Shown in pieces: positions 51,301-60,921 of a stretch of DNA of 61,539 bases. A program made the position numbers and the translations under genes. The stretch lies in NCBI GenBank assembly GCA_002269645.1, contig NIVC01000770.1:1-61539 (forward strand), read 5' to 3'. A model generated the notes under the pieces. The model searched no databases and was not told the DNA's origin. It worked only from the letters and a program-made list of their open reading frames with translations. This stretch comes from Macrostomum lignano (lineage: Eukaryota). Numbering within the stretch: the first letter of the stretch is position 1; each line of letters opens with the position of its first letter.

Positions 51301-54300
51301 GATTTTAGTCGCAGGTCCCGCTGTTTGTAAACAGACTGGATTCCACTCAGTCTGTTCTGCCATACGAGTATGACAGGTGAGCCCCCGCAGTCACGGTTCT
51401 GCTAAGCTGAGCTTAGTCTGCCTGTGCTCAATTCCGTTTTTTATATCATTAACTTAACTATCCACAGGTTCGACTTCTGCGAGTCGCCAAGCGACTCGTC
51501 CAGCCCGGTTGAGAACCTCGGCCAGGTTGTGTTTGGCGAGCGAATCCGGCCAAGCCCTTACACTGTGAACTTTCTCAAGGAGGTCAACTGCAAACTCGTC
51601 TGCACAAAAGAGTATACTAAAGAGTCCAAGTCTAGTCTGGAGAAGCTGCAGTTTCTGAGGAATAGCATCATATTGAACTACCAGCACCACTGGATCATGG
51701 ACAATCTGCCTGTTACCTGGTGCTATACGGTTGACAGCGGGCAGCAGTTCTGCGCGCCCGGCTTCCCTGTTGGTTGCTATGTGACCGAGAAAGGCGAACG
51801 GCGCGACGCCTGCTCAACTAGTTCCAGGTCTGCCTCACTGCACTCTTTCCCAATAGTTTCGGCTTTTTTTAGTCCCTATGACATCATACATGCGCAACCT
51901 TGGGAATCACTCGGCCGTTTCTATTGGCAACACACGCATGTAATTCGCTATTGACTGAGAGCAATCACGTGACTACTATTCCGTCCAATAGCGACTTACA
52001 TGTGTGTGTTGCCAATAGAAACGGCCGGGTGAATCCCTAGGTTGCGCCCAAGCATGTGAGGTGGGGTGGAGAAAGTTTTGTTTGGAGATTGGTCGGTTGC
52101 TGTCACCAGTGAGGTGGGGCGGATTCCACGTTTGAATTCCCGCCGGCGTTGCGTTCGCACGAATAAATCCGGAGCGTCGCACAGACGAATCACAACGAAA
52201 TTCTTTCTGCTGTTTTACTCCGACTGCCGGGGGTCCTCAAATCCCGGGGGGAGGGTAGTTGTCATCGTAGCGGAGCGGTCGTTTCTGACACCGTAAATTA
52301 ATGTGTCGATTTGTTAAACTGATTACTTTCAGTAGGGTAGAGCTGCCACCACCGTAATTTACGTATTACGGAACGAATAGGTCCCAGAGCTTTCTTTGAG
52401 TTGATAACTTTAATTGTTTTACGCCCCGTGGGCAAATGACTAAGATAGACTATGGCTTGATTGATTAACGAATAAATATGGTGTAATTTATTAGGTATTT
52501 GGTTATTATTAAACAGCAGGTTTGAAATAAATTGAAGGTTATTAATATTACTATTGCTTTAATAAATTTACGACTGAAAAGATTTCATGAGCGCCGGGGC
52601 GCTAAATATCAACTAAATAAAATAAAAGGCAAGTTACGTTAGCTAGTGTTGGTCGCACGAAGAAAATGCGAGTGCGGGAAAACACGTTAAGCAGTTAGCC
52701 GGTGAGGAGGGGAAGGAGAGAAAAGAGAGAGAGAGAGAGTGAGAGTTTTTGTTTGGAGACACTAGCAATGAGCTGTTTAATATTAGTGAAACGCATGTCA
52801 AGACATTGGTTGGATCAACGGTTGGGCATGCTTCTGGACAATAATTACAGCGCGTGGTCGAGGCACTGGACGGCCTTAAAACTGAAGGAAACGGTTGGGC
52901 ATGCTTCTGGACAAATATTACAGCGCGTGGTCGAGGCACTGGACGGCCTTAAAACTGAAGGAAACAGAAAAATTTAACAAAATGTCCAGTGGGAGGAGGA
53001 TGAATTTCCAGAAAAAGGATGCAAAACCTCCACTGGGCGGTCCGTCGGCGGGACCAAACAGGGGAAACAAATCAAATAGTGGACAAAAAATAAAGAAAAC
53101 TTTTCGCATGCATTTCAAAGTTACTAAATTTGTTAATCAAAGTCAAAGTGGCATCCCACCTGCCACACATGTATGAGATCCGAATTAGGGTCGGGTAATT
53201 TCGGATCTCAGATCTTAAAGTCAATCGAATCTGTTTCCTTGCCCAACTTTTGAATTGGATCAATGGAAAGAATAGTCAGTATGGACATACTTTATCGAGA
53301 CAAATAATAAAAACGGATCTAGTTTTCTATTCTTTATTTGTTAGGATTAAATGTAAAGTTCTTACACCCGCTTAGAAATAAATGATAATAACAATTCTGC
53401 TTCAGGTTACACCAAAAATGCTGCAGAGTCTTTTAATGCTCAAATTTCCAACTGTGAAGCCTATTTGGCATTATTGATAGATCTTAGCCTCCAGCCCACC
53501 ATAAGTTTTATGTCAATCTGTGTGCCTCAGGCGACTGTCGCACATAAATGCGATGGAGAGCGTAAAAATGCGTTGTTATAAATGCGAAATCCGATTCTAA
53601 TTCATAAAGTGACGCAGTTGAGCTTTATATGCAACTCAGTGATTCCACAGCGACTCCAGCACGCCTCATATGCGACCCTACGGCCCCAGTCATTATAGTA
53701 GCGCCTCAGAGTCACTTGCGTCGCCATAGGGTCGTTTCAGAGTCGCAGACAATCAAACGACTCTTTGACAACTTTCTGGCAACTTACCGTGACATCTCGT
53801 CGTTTAGAGTCGTCTAGACTCACTTCTTTCCTATTTTACCTGTGTTACCTGCAACGACTTTGGGCGACGCAAGTGACTCTGGGATACTACTTGGCCTAGT
53901 TACCGTTTTCATCGGGTATTCTATCGCCCATAGTAACTCGCCTCGCTCTGCAGGTACAGCTCGCCGAACACGGTGTACCTGTTCAACCATGTGCAGCTGG
54001 TGATCTCCTATCACAGCAGCGCCGAGGAAAGCTGGGGCGCCGGAATCTCCGGTCGCGGCGGGAGGATCATCTCGGTTAAAGCGCTTGTGCAAAGCTACAA
54101 GCACAGTGGCAAGGATTCTATACGATGCAACGATCAGACTCCTCCGTTAGGCATCTCGGCTACAAGCAGCGACCTGCCGGAGCCAGTTAAAGTGTTCTAC
54201 ACCTACAGCGTGTCTTACAAGCAGGATAATAGCGTTCGCTGGAGCTCCCGCTGGGATTATATCCTGGAATCCATGCCGCACTCCAATATCCAGTGGTTTA

Positions 54301-56659
54301 GCATTCTAAACTCGCTAGTCATAGTCCTGTTCCTAAGCGGCATGGTTGCTATGATCCTGCTGCGCACTCTGCACAGGGACATCTCTCGCTACAACCAGCA
54401 GGAGGCGCACGAAGAGGCCCAAGAAGAATTCGGCTGGAAGCTGGTGCACGGCGACGTGTTCCGGCCGCCAGCCAAGGGTATGCTGCTCAGCGTGTTCCTA
54501 GGCAACGGAGTCCAGATCCTGTGCATGTCGCTCATCACGCTGGCCTTCGCCTGTCTCGGCTTTCTCAGTCCGGCCAATCGCGGCGCCCTCATGACCTGCG
54601 CCATGGTGCTGTACGTCCTGCTGGGCACACCGGCTGGCTACGTGTCCGCCAGAATCTACAAGATGTTTGGCGGCCTGCGCTGGAAGCTGCACGTCTTATT
54701 AACTGCGCTGCTGTGCCCCGGCCTGGTGTTTGCCATCTTCTTCGTGCTTAACCTGGTGCTGTGGGCTAAGGGCAGCTCGGCCGCTGTGCCGTTTAGCACT
54801 ATTGTTGCCATCCTGGCTCTCTGGTTCCTCGTCTCCGTTCCGCTCTGCTTTCTAGGCGCTTATTTCGGTTTTAAGAAGCCGCCGATGGAGCATCCGGTTC
54901 GCACTAATCAGATACCCAGACAGATCCCCGACCAGAGCTTCTACACGAGGCCCCTGCCCGGCATTCTAATGGGCGGCATCCTGCCATTCGGCTGCATCTT
55001 CATCCAGCTGTTCTTCATTCTGAACTCGATCTGGGGCTCCGATGTGAGTTCGCCTACCTGTATTTCTGCTACCTCTGTGACCTTCAATGTGACACCGCTA
55101 CCCCCTGTGACATTCAATGTGATAACACTACCCCCTGTGACCTTCAATATGATACCGCTACCCCCTGTGACCTTCAATGTGATACCGCTATGCCTTTGAC
55201 CTTCAATGTGATACCGCTATCCCTTTGACCTTCAATGTGATACCGCTACCCCCTGTGACCTTCAATGTGACACCGCTACCCCTGTGACCTTCAATGTGAT
55301 ACCGCTACCCCCTGTGATCTTCAATGTGATACCGCTACCCTTGTGACCTTAAATGCCTCCCTTGAACGGAGATATAATATAGTTTCAAATGTCTTCTGTG
55401 ATAAAATAAGCAAGCAAAAATAAACCTCACTGCTTCTTTAAAACCGATTTCTACTTAACCAGGTGTACTACATGTTCGGCTTCCTGTTCCTGGTGTTCCT
55501 CATCTTGCTTGTGACCTGCTCGGAGGCCACCATTCTGCTGTGCTATTTCCACCTGTGCGCAGAGGACTATCACTGGTGGTGGCGCGCCTTCCTCACGGCC
55601 GGGTGCACAGCCATGTACCTGTTCCTCTATTCCGTGCACTATTTCTTCGCCAAGATGGAGTTGAGCGGCGCCGCTTCTACTTTCCTGTACTTCGGCTACA
55701 CCTTCATCATTGTGCTGCTGTTTTTCCTTTTCACAGGTGAGGAGCATGCATTTGAGTTTGTTGCAAATAAAACTTTATTGTGTGCCGATTTCGATAACTG
55801 TACTCCGATCCCTGATCTCCCTCAGTTCTCAGTCTGGGCCGCTGTCACCCTCCAGTTCTCAGTCTGGGCCGCTCTCACCCCCCCCATTTCTCAGTCTGGG
55901 CCGCTCTCACCCCCCCCCCATTTCTCAGTCTGGGCCGCTGTCACCTCCATTCCTCAGTCTGGGCCGCTCTCACCCCCCCCCCCAGTTCTCAGTCTGGGCC
56001 GCTCTCTCCCCCAGTTCTCAGTCTGGGCCGCTCTCTCCCCCAGTTCTCAGTCTGGGCCGCTCTCTCCCCCCTCCCCAGTTCTCAGTCTCGGCCGCTCTCT
56101 CCCCCAGTTCTCAGTCTGGGCCGCTCTCTCCCCCAGTTCTCAGTTTCGGCCGCTCTCACCCCAATTTTTCAGTCTGGGCCGCTATTACCCCCAGTTCTCA
56201 GTCTGGGCTGCTCTCACCCCCCAGTTCTCAGTCTGGGCTGCTCTCACCCCCCAGTTCTCAGTCTGGGCTGCTCTCACCCCCCCCCATTTCTCAGTCTGGG
56301 CCGCTGTCACCCCCCAGTTCTCAGTCTGGACCGCTCTCACCCCTATTTCTCAGGGGCCGCTCTCATCTCACCCAGTTCTCAGTCTGGGCCACTCTCACCC
56401 CCCAGTTCTCAGTCTGGGCCGCATTTCTCAGTCTTGGCCGCTCTCACCCCCCCATTTCTCAGTCTGGGCTGCTCTCATCTCCCTAATTCTCAGTCTGGGC
56501 CGCTCTCATCTCCCTAATTCTCAGTCTGGGCCGCTCTCATCTCCCCAGCTCAGTTCGCAGTCCAATCCGCCTATACTTTTACTCATTTTAGGCACCGTGG
56601 GCTTCTTCGCCACGTTTTGGTTTGTACGCAAAATCTACAGCGTTGTAAAGGTGGATTAA
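48183..56659 (+). CDS. TM9SF2: Transmembrane 9 superfamily member 2 (nonaspanin/EMP70 family), 6 coding exons, 660 aa
   Basis: join(48183..48305,51309..51376,51468..51827,53954..55043,55463..55736,56592..56659) = 1,983 nt, in frame, all introns GT-AG. Recognised motifs: signal peptide + [112 protein letters not shown]-terminal KIYSVVKVD*. Confidence 0.95.
49915..50145. repeat. Degenerate ~51-56-bp tandem repeat, ~5 copies, TM9SF2 intron 1
   Basis: Core ctttgacaactt(t/g)gtg.cagc at 49,919, 49,975, 50,027 and 50,081, with a decayed copy at ~50,131. Confidence 0.75.
51309..51376 (+). CDS. TM9SF2: TM9SF2 coding exon 2
   Basis: ttttag|TCG CAG GTC CCG CTG TTT GTA AAC = [22 protein letters not shown], donor GTGAGC at 51,377; alternative in-frame acceptor 6 nt downstream. 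Confidence 0.9.
51468..51827 (+). CDS. TM9SF2: TM9SF2 coding exon 3
   Basis: tccacag|G TTC GAC TTC TGC (FDFC...[22 protein letters not shown]); donor GTCTGC at 51,828 gives the phase required by exon 4. Confidence 0.9.
51892..52047. mobile_element. Foldback/MITE-like inverted repeat (62-bp arms, 32-bp spacer) in intron 3
   Basis: 51,892-51,953 versus the reverse complement of 51,986-52,047: 57/62 identical. Mobile origin is inferred; no clear target-site duplication was seen. Confidence 0.6.
52817..52965 (+). repeat. 73-bp direct tandem duplication in intron 3
   Basis: aacggttgggcatgcttctggaca...ggacggccttaaaactgaagga starts at 52,817 and 52,890. The copies differ only at ataatta/aatatta. 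Confidence 0.95.
53697..53891. mobile_element. MITE-like element with ~44-bp imperfect terminal inverted repeats, intron 3
   Basis: cagagtcacttgcgtcgcc (left arm) and ggcgacgcaagtgactctg (right arm) are exact reverse complements over 19 bp. The match extends imperfectly to agtag/ctact outside and gtcgtt.cag inside. Confidence 0.5.
53954..55043 (+). CDS. TM9SF2: TM9SF2 coding exon 4
   Basis: ctctgcag|G TAC AGC TCG ([13 protein letters not shown]...[10 protein letters not shown]); donor GTGAGT at 55,044. Confidence 0.93.
55068..55355. repeat. Minisatellite, 29-30-bp unit (ctgtgaccttcaatgtgataccgctacccc), ~9.5 copies, intron 4
   Basis: Directly visible tandem copies. Confidence 0.97.
55463..55736 (+). 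CDS. TM9SF2: TM9SF2 coding exon 5
   Basis: taaccag|GTG TAC TAC ATG ([12 protein letters not shown]...[11 protein letters not shown]...FFLFT); donor GTGAGG at 55,737. Confidence 0.93.
55821..56553. repeat. Minisatellite, ~28-32-bp unit (cccagttctcagtctgggccgctctcacc), ~24 copies, intron 5
   Basis: Directly visible tandem copies with variable C-run length. Confidence 0.97.
56592..56659 (+). CDS. TM9SF2: TM9SF2 coding exon 6 (terminal)
   Basis: cattttag|GC ACC GTG GGC ([22 protein letters not shown]) with TAA at 56,657-56,659. Confidence 0.93.
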
Positions 56660-57190
56660 TGCGGCAACTGTACGCGGCTTTGGTACTGGGATACCCGCTC
56701 GATTTTGCTGAAAACAATACGGCGGGATTGAATTTTGCACTATTTCGCCATCACTCACTTGTTACTTACTCCAGTGTACCCAGTTCTTGCTTGTGATGGG
56801 ATTCCTTGCTCTCTATATTCGTGTTTAGCCAGCATGTGATTACCTTACCGCCCCGTATATCCTTTATCAGCATCTACTATAGAAGTCTATGTATCATTTA
56901 TTGTCGATAAACGCATATATCGGTTGTTGAATATCAATAGAATGCGTAAACATTAATAATAATACGAGTGTGTAGTACCATATAAAATAGTTTCGCTAAT
57001 GGTTTTATTAGTTTTACAGTAACAACATAATTCTGCACCAAATGCGAGCTGTTATATTGATTGTGTAAGAGTAAAGGACTGGCTTTCCTAGTGAATATGT
57101 GCATGGACTATATCTGCTTTATTAATAATCCTGTCATATTTCCTAATTTTTTTCGATGTGTTAACTGTACCGGTCGTCGCCATGATCTCA

Positions 57191-57895
57191 ACCCGCTGCC
57201 ACACTGAATCCGCCCCTTCTTACCCGCTGCCACACTGAATCCGCCCCTTCTTACCCGCTGCCACACTGAATCCGCCCCTTCTTACCCGCTGCCACACTGA
57301 ATCCGCCCCTTCTTACCCGCTGCCACACTGAATCCGCCCCTTCTTACCCGCTGCCACACTGAATCCGCCCCTTCTTACCCGCTGCCACACTGAATCCGCC
57401 CCTTCTTACCCGCTGCCACACTGAATCCGCCCCTTCTTACCCGCTGCCACACTGAATCCGCCCCCTCTTACCCGCTGCCACACTGAATCCGCCCCCTCTT
57501 ATTCGCTGCCACACTGAATCCGCCCCCTCTTACCCGCTGCCACACTGAATCCGCCCCTTCTTACCCGCTGCCACACTGAATCCGCCCCTTCTTACCCGCT
57601 GCCACACTGAATCCGCCCCCTCTTACCCGCTGCCACACTGAATCCGCCCCTTCTTACCCGCTGCCACACTGAATCCGCCCCCTCTTACCCGCTGCCACAC
57701 TGAATCCGCCCTTCTTACCCGCTGCCACACTGAATCCGCCCCTTCTTACCCGCTGCCACACTGAATCCGCCCCTTCTTACCCGCTGCCACACTGAATCCG
57801 CCCCCTCTTACCCGCTGCCACACTGAATCCGCCCCTTCTTACCCGCTGCCACACTGAATCCGCCCCCTCTTACCCGCTGCCACACTGAATCCGCC
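57191..57895. repeat. Minisatellite, 31-bp unit (acccgctgccacactgaatccgccccttctt), ~23 copies, downstream of TM9SF2
   Basis: Period 31 (57,191, 57,222, ...), with two interspersed variants ccccttctta and ccccctctta. Confidence 0.98.
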
Positions 57896-59146
57896 GTCCC
57901 CCCTCTTGTGTGGCCACATGTGTAAACAATAGTTAGCCGTTTTGATTTTCCTATCTGTTATTCTAGCGACTGGATGCTATTCCCCATTAACTGGGATAAT
58001 CCCGATCAGCCATACTCCCTGTACATCCCAAATTTTGTTAAGCAATAATCAGTCCCATAAACTACGCCTGCTTATATACAATAGCAGCATATACTATAAT
58101 ACTATAAGCTATAGCTTGAAATTTGAAAACATTAATTTCACCTGGCTGACCAGGGTCCACTTAAAGTAAGCAACGTCATCCAAGTTGTTTTGTTTTAATC
58201 ATTTTTCACTTTTTTTCACCACCCTGACAGTGGCTAGTACCTTTAGTTAGCCTTGGCTGTCATTGCTGATAAATTGCCTGATAAATAAATAAATTTATGC
58301 ACGAGTTCTGTCATTGGCACCGCACTCTCAAATAAAGAGTTTATTTGATCTTGTTTTCGATTTGCTCTGTTTTTTGTATACGGATTAAACATTTTCCTGG
58401 ATAATACTAGTGTTGTGTTTTATTTTCAGCATCGCCTCTTTGCTGCCCCGTTTAATCTATAGTTATTGATTTTAGATTCTGCTCGCGTCGGCCCGTGGTT
58501 CATTTCGCTGATTTTTATTTGTTATCAATTGTCCTTTGTTTGCTACTTTGCAGTAGTGTATGATGAAAACTATTTTGTTTTGTTTATTCAATTGTAGCCA
58601 GTTTAATATTCATACTGCCCAAAGTAATAATGCCCGCTATTATTCGGTTGCAGAAATAAGCCAGCCTCCTCTTTCCCTTTTGTTTGATCGCTGTGCGCTG
58701 CTGAATTCGGCTACCAGGGTAAAATAATACAAGGCGACACTTGTCTGTCTCTGTCTCTCTCTAACTCTTCATTTTGCTATCAACACTGCAATTCTGATGC
58801 ATAGCAATCCTATGCATCCTTTTTAATAGTTTTTTGTTTATACGTAAATACGAGGGTCGCTAGTCGGGTTCAGATTAAGCAGACTTGACCGTGGTTAGTA
58901 CAGAGCAATCCGAAATAAATGCATGTGTTGTGGGAGGCTGGGAGCTTCAGAGGCATAGCTGGTTGGGTTAACAACTGAGGGACCGAATTTTTGATGACCA
59001 GGGGATGAATCTTTGATGACTGAGGGACCGAATCTGGGGGAGGGTAAGGGGCGGCGGCCCCTCAATAGGCTATAAAAAGTTATGGCGCCCTTTTCACAGT
59101 AGGTTTAGAGCCCTGTTTCCAAGTTTAGCGCTTCCCCAGCCACTAC

Positions 59147-60162
59147 TGTGGCGCCTCTTGATGCTGGCGCCACTTGGTGCTGGCGCCTCGGTGCTGGCGC
59201 CTCGGTGCTGGCGGCTCGGTGCTGGTGCCTCGGTGCTGGTGCCTCGGTGCTGGTGCCTCGGTGCTGGTGCCTCGGTGCTGGCGCCACGGTGCTGGCGCCA
59301 CGGTGCTGGTGCTCGGTGCTGGCGCCACGGTGCTGGCGCTACGGTGCTGGCGCCACGTGGTGCTGGCGCCACGGTGCTGGCACCACGGTGCTGGCGCCAC
59401 GATGCTGGCGCCTTGGTGCTGGCGCCTCGGTGCTGGCGCCACTTGGTGCTGGCGCCACTTGGTGCTTGCGCCACTTGGTGCTGGCGCCTCGGTGCTGGCG
59501 CCTTGGTGCTGGCGCCACGGTGCTGGCACCACGGTGCTGGCACCACGGTGCTGGCACCACGGTGCTGGCGCCTTGGTGCTGGCGCCTTGGTGCTGGCGCC
59601 TCGGTGCTGGCGCCTTGGTGCTGGCGCCACTTGGTGCTTGCGCCACTTGGTGCTGGCGCCACGGTGCTGACGCCACGGTGCTGGCGCTACGGTGCTGGCG
59701 CCACGGTGCTGGCACCACGGTGCTGGCGCCATGGTGCTGGCGCAACTTGGTTCTGGCGCCACGGTGCTGGCGCCTTGGTGCTGGCGCCTCGGTGCTGGCG
59801 CAACTTGGTTCTGGCGCCACGGTGCTGGCGCCTTGGTGCTGGCGCCTCGGTGCTGGAGCCTTGGTGCTGGCGCCACTTGGTGCTTGCGCCACTTGGTGCT
59901 GACGCCACGGTGCTGGCGCCACGGTGCTGGCGCCACGGTGCTGGCGCCACGGTGCTGGCGCTACGGTGCTGGCACCACGGTGCTGGCGCCATGGTGCTGG
60001 CGCCACGGTGCTGGCGCCACGGTGCTGGCGCCACGGTGCTGGCGCCACGGTGCTGGCGCTACGGTGCTGGCGCTACGGTGCTGGCACCACGGTGCTGGCG
60101 CCATGGTGCTGGCGCAACTTGGTGCTGGCGCCACGGTGCTGGCGCTACGGTGCTGGCGCCAC
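59147..60162. repeat. GC-rich satellite, 14-bp core unit (ggtgctggcgccac) with 14/16-bp variants, roughly 70 copies
   Basis: Directly visible; accounts for all overlapping APAP/WRH-type ORFs at 59.1-60.2 kb. Confidence 0.97.
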
Positions 60163-60461
60163 TTGACGCGTTACCGTCGAGCTTACAGTAGGTCGATTCA
60201 TTCGGCTAATGTTTCAGGTTGCATTTTTGCTTTCTTCCTTTCCTACTAGTTTATCGGGTTTAAGTAGTATGGTTAGTGTAGGTGAGTTAGTACAGAAGCA
60301 GTTGCGTCGGGATAAGCGAAATGAAACTTTTGAAACTTAGCATTCAAGATTTGAACATGTAAAAAGGCGCTTCAGTAGTCATTCGTATTGGAACGATCAG
60401 CCGCAGTTGATCGACTTGACGTCCTGCATAAGACCTGATTAGTCGAGAGCAACACGCGCGC

Positions 60462-60921
60462 GCTCAGTCAGAATCGGGCATAAACATTGTGTGCTCAGTC
60501 AGAATTGGGCATAAACACTTGCGTGCTAAGTCAGAATTGGGCATAAACACTTGTGTGCTAAGTCAGAATTGGGCATAAACACTTGTGTGCTAAGTCAGAA
60601 TTGGGCATAAACACTTGTGTGCTAAGTCAGAATTGGGCATAAACACTTGTGTGCTCAGTCAGAATTGGGCATAAACACTTGTGTGCTAAGTCAGAATTGG
60701 GCATAAACACTTGTGTGCTAAGTCAGAATTGGGCATAAACACTTGTGTGCTCAGTCAGAATTGGGCATAAACACTTGTGTGCTAAGTCAGAATTGGGCAT
60801 AAACACTTGCGTGCTAAGTCAGAATTGGGCATAAACACTTGTGTGCTAAGTCAGAATTGGGCATAAACACGCGCGCTTAGTCAGAATATGCCGAATAAAC
60901 ACCTACGTGATTAGTCAGAAG
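60462..60921. repeat. Minisatellite, 31-32-bp unit (cagaattgggcataaacacttgtgtgctaagt), ~13 copies plus decayed ends
   Basis: Directly visible tandem copies. Confidence 0.97.

Noticed and set aside
52261-52320. tRNA/SINE-like start (GTCATCG TAGCGGAGCGGTC matches a Pol III A-box)
   Set aside because: No convincing B-box (only gtgtcgattt), anticodon arm or acceptor-stem complement; at most a decayed relic.
53629-56486. Short alternative-frame and antisense ORFs over TM9SF2 exons 4-5 and intron 5
   Set aside because: By-products of GC-rich coding or minisatellite sequence, with no recognisable motifs.
51424-56659. ORFs 51424..51954, 53973..55199 and 55463..56659 as separate genes
   Set aside because: They are TM9SF2 exons 3, 4 and 5+6 with read-through into introns; the listed starts are GTG codons, not true initiators.
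59094-60249. Many overlapping 80-350-aa ORFs (APAPWRQHRG / VLAPRCW repeats)
   Set aside because: The 14-bp satellite lacks stops in most frames, its unit length is not a multiple of 3, and frames interconvert freely.
55068-60921. CRISPR array interpretation of the ~30-bp repeats
   Set aside because: Units are head-to-tail with no unique spacers, there are no cas genes, and the context is an intron-containing eukaryotic gene.
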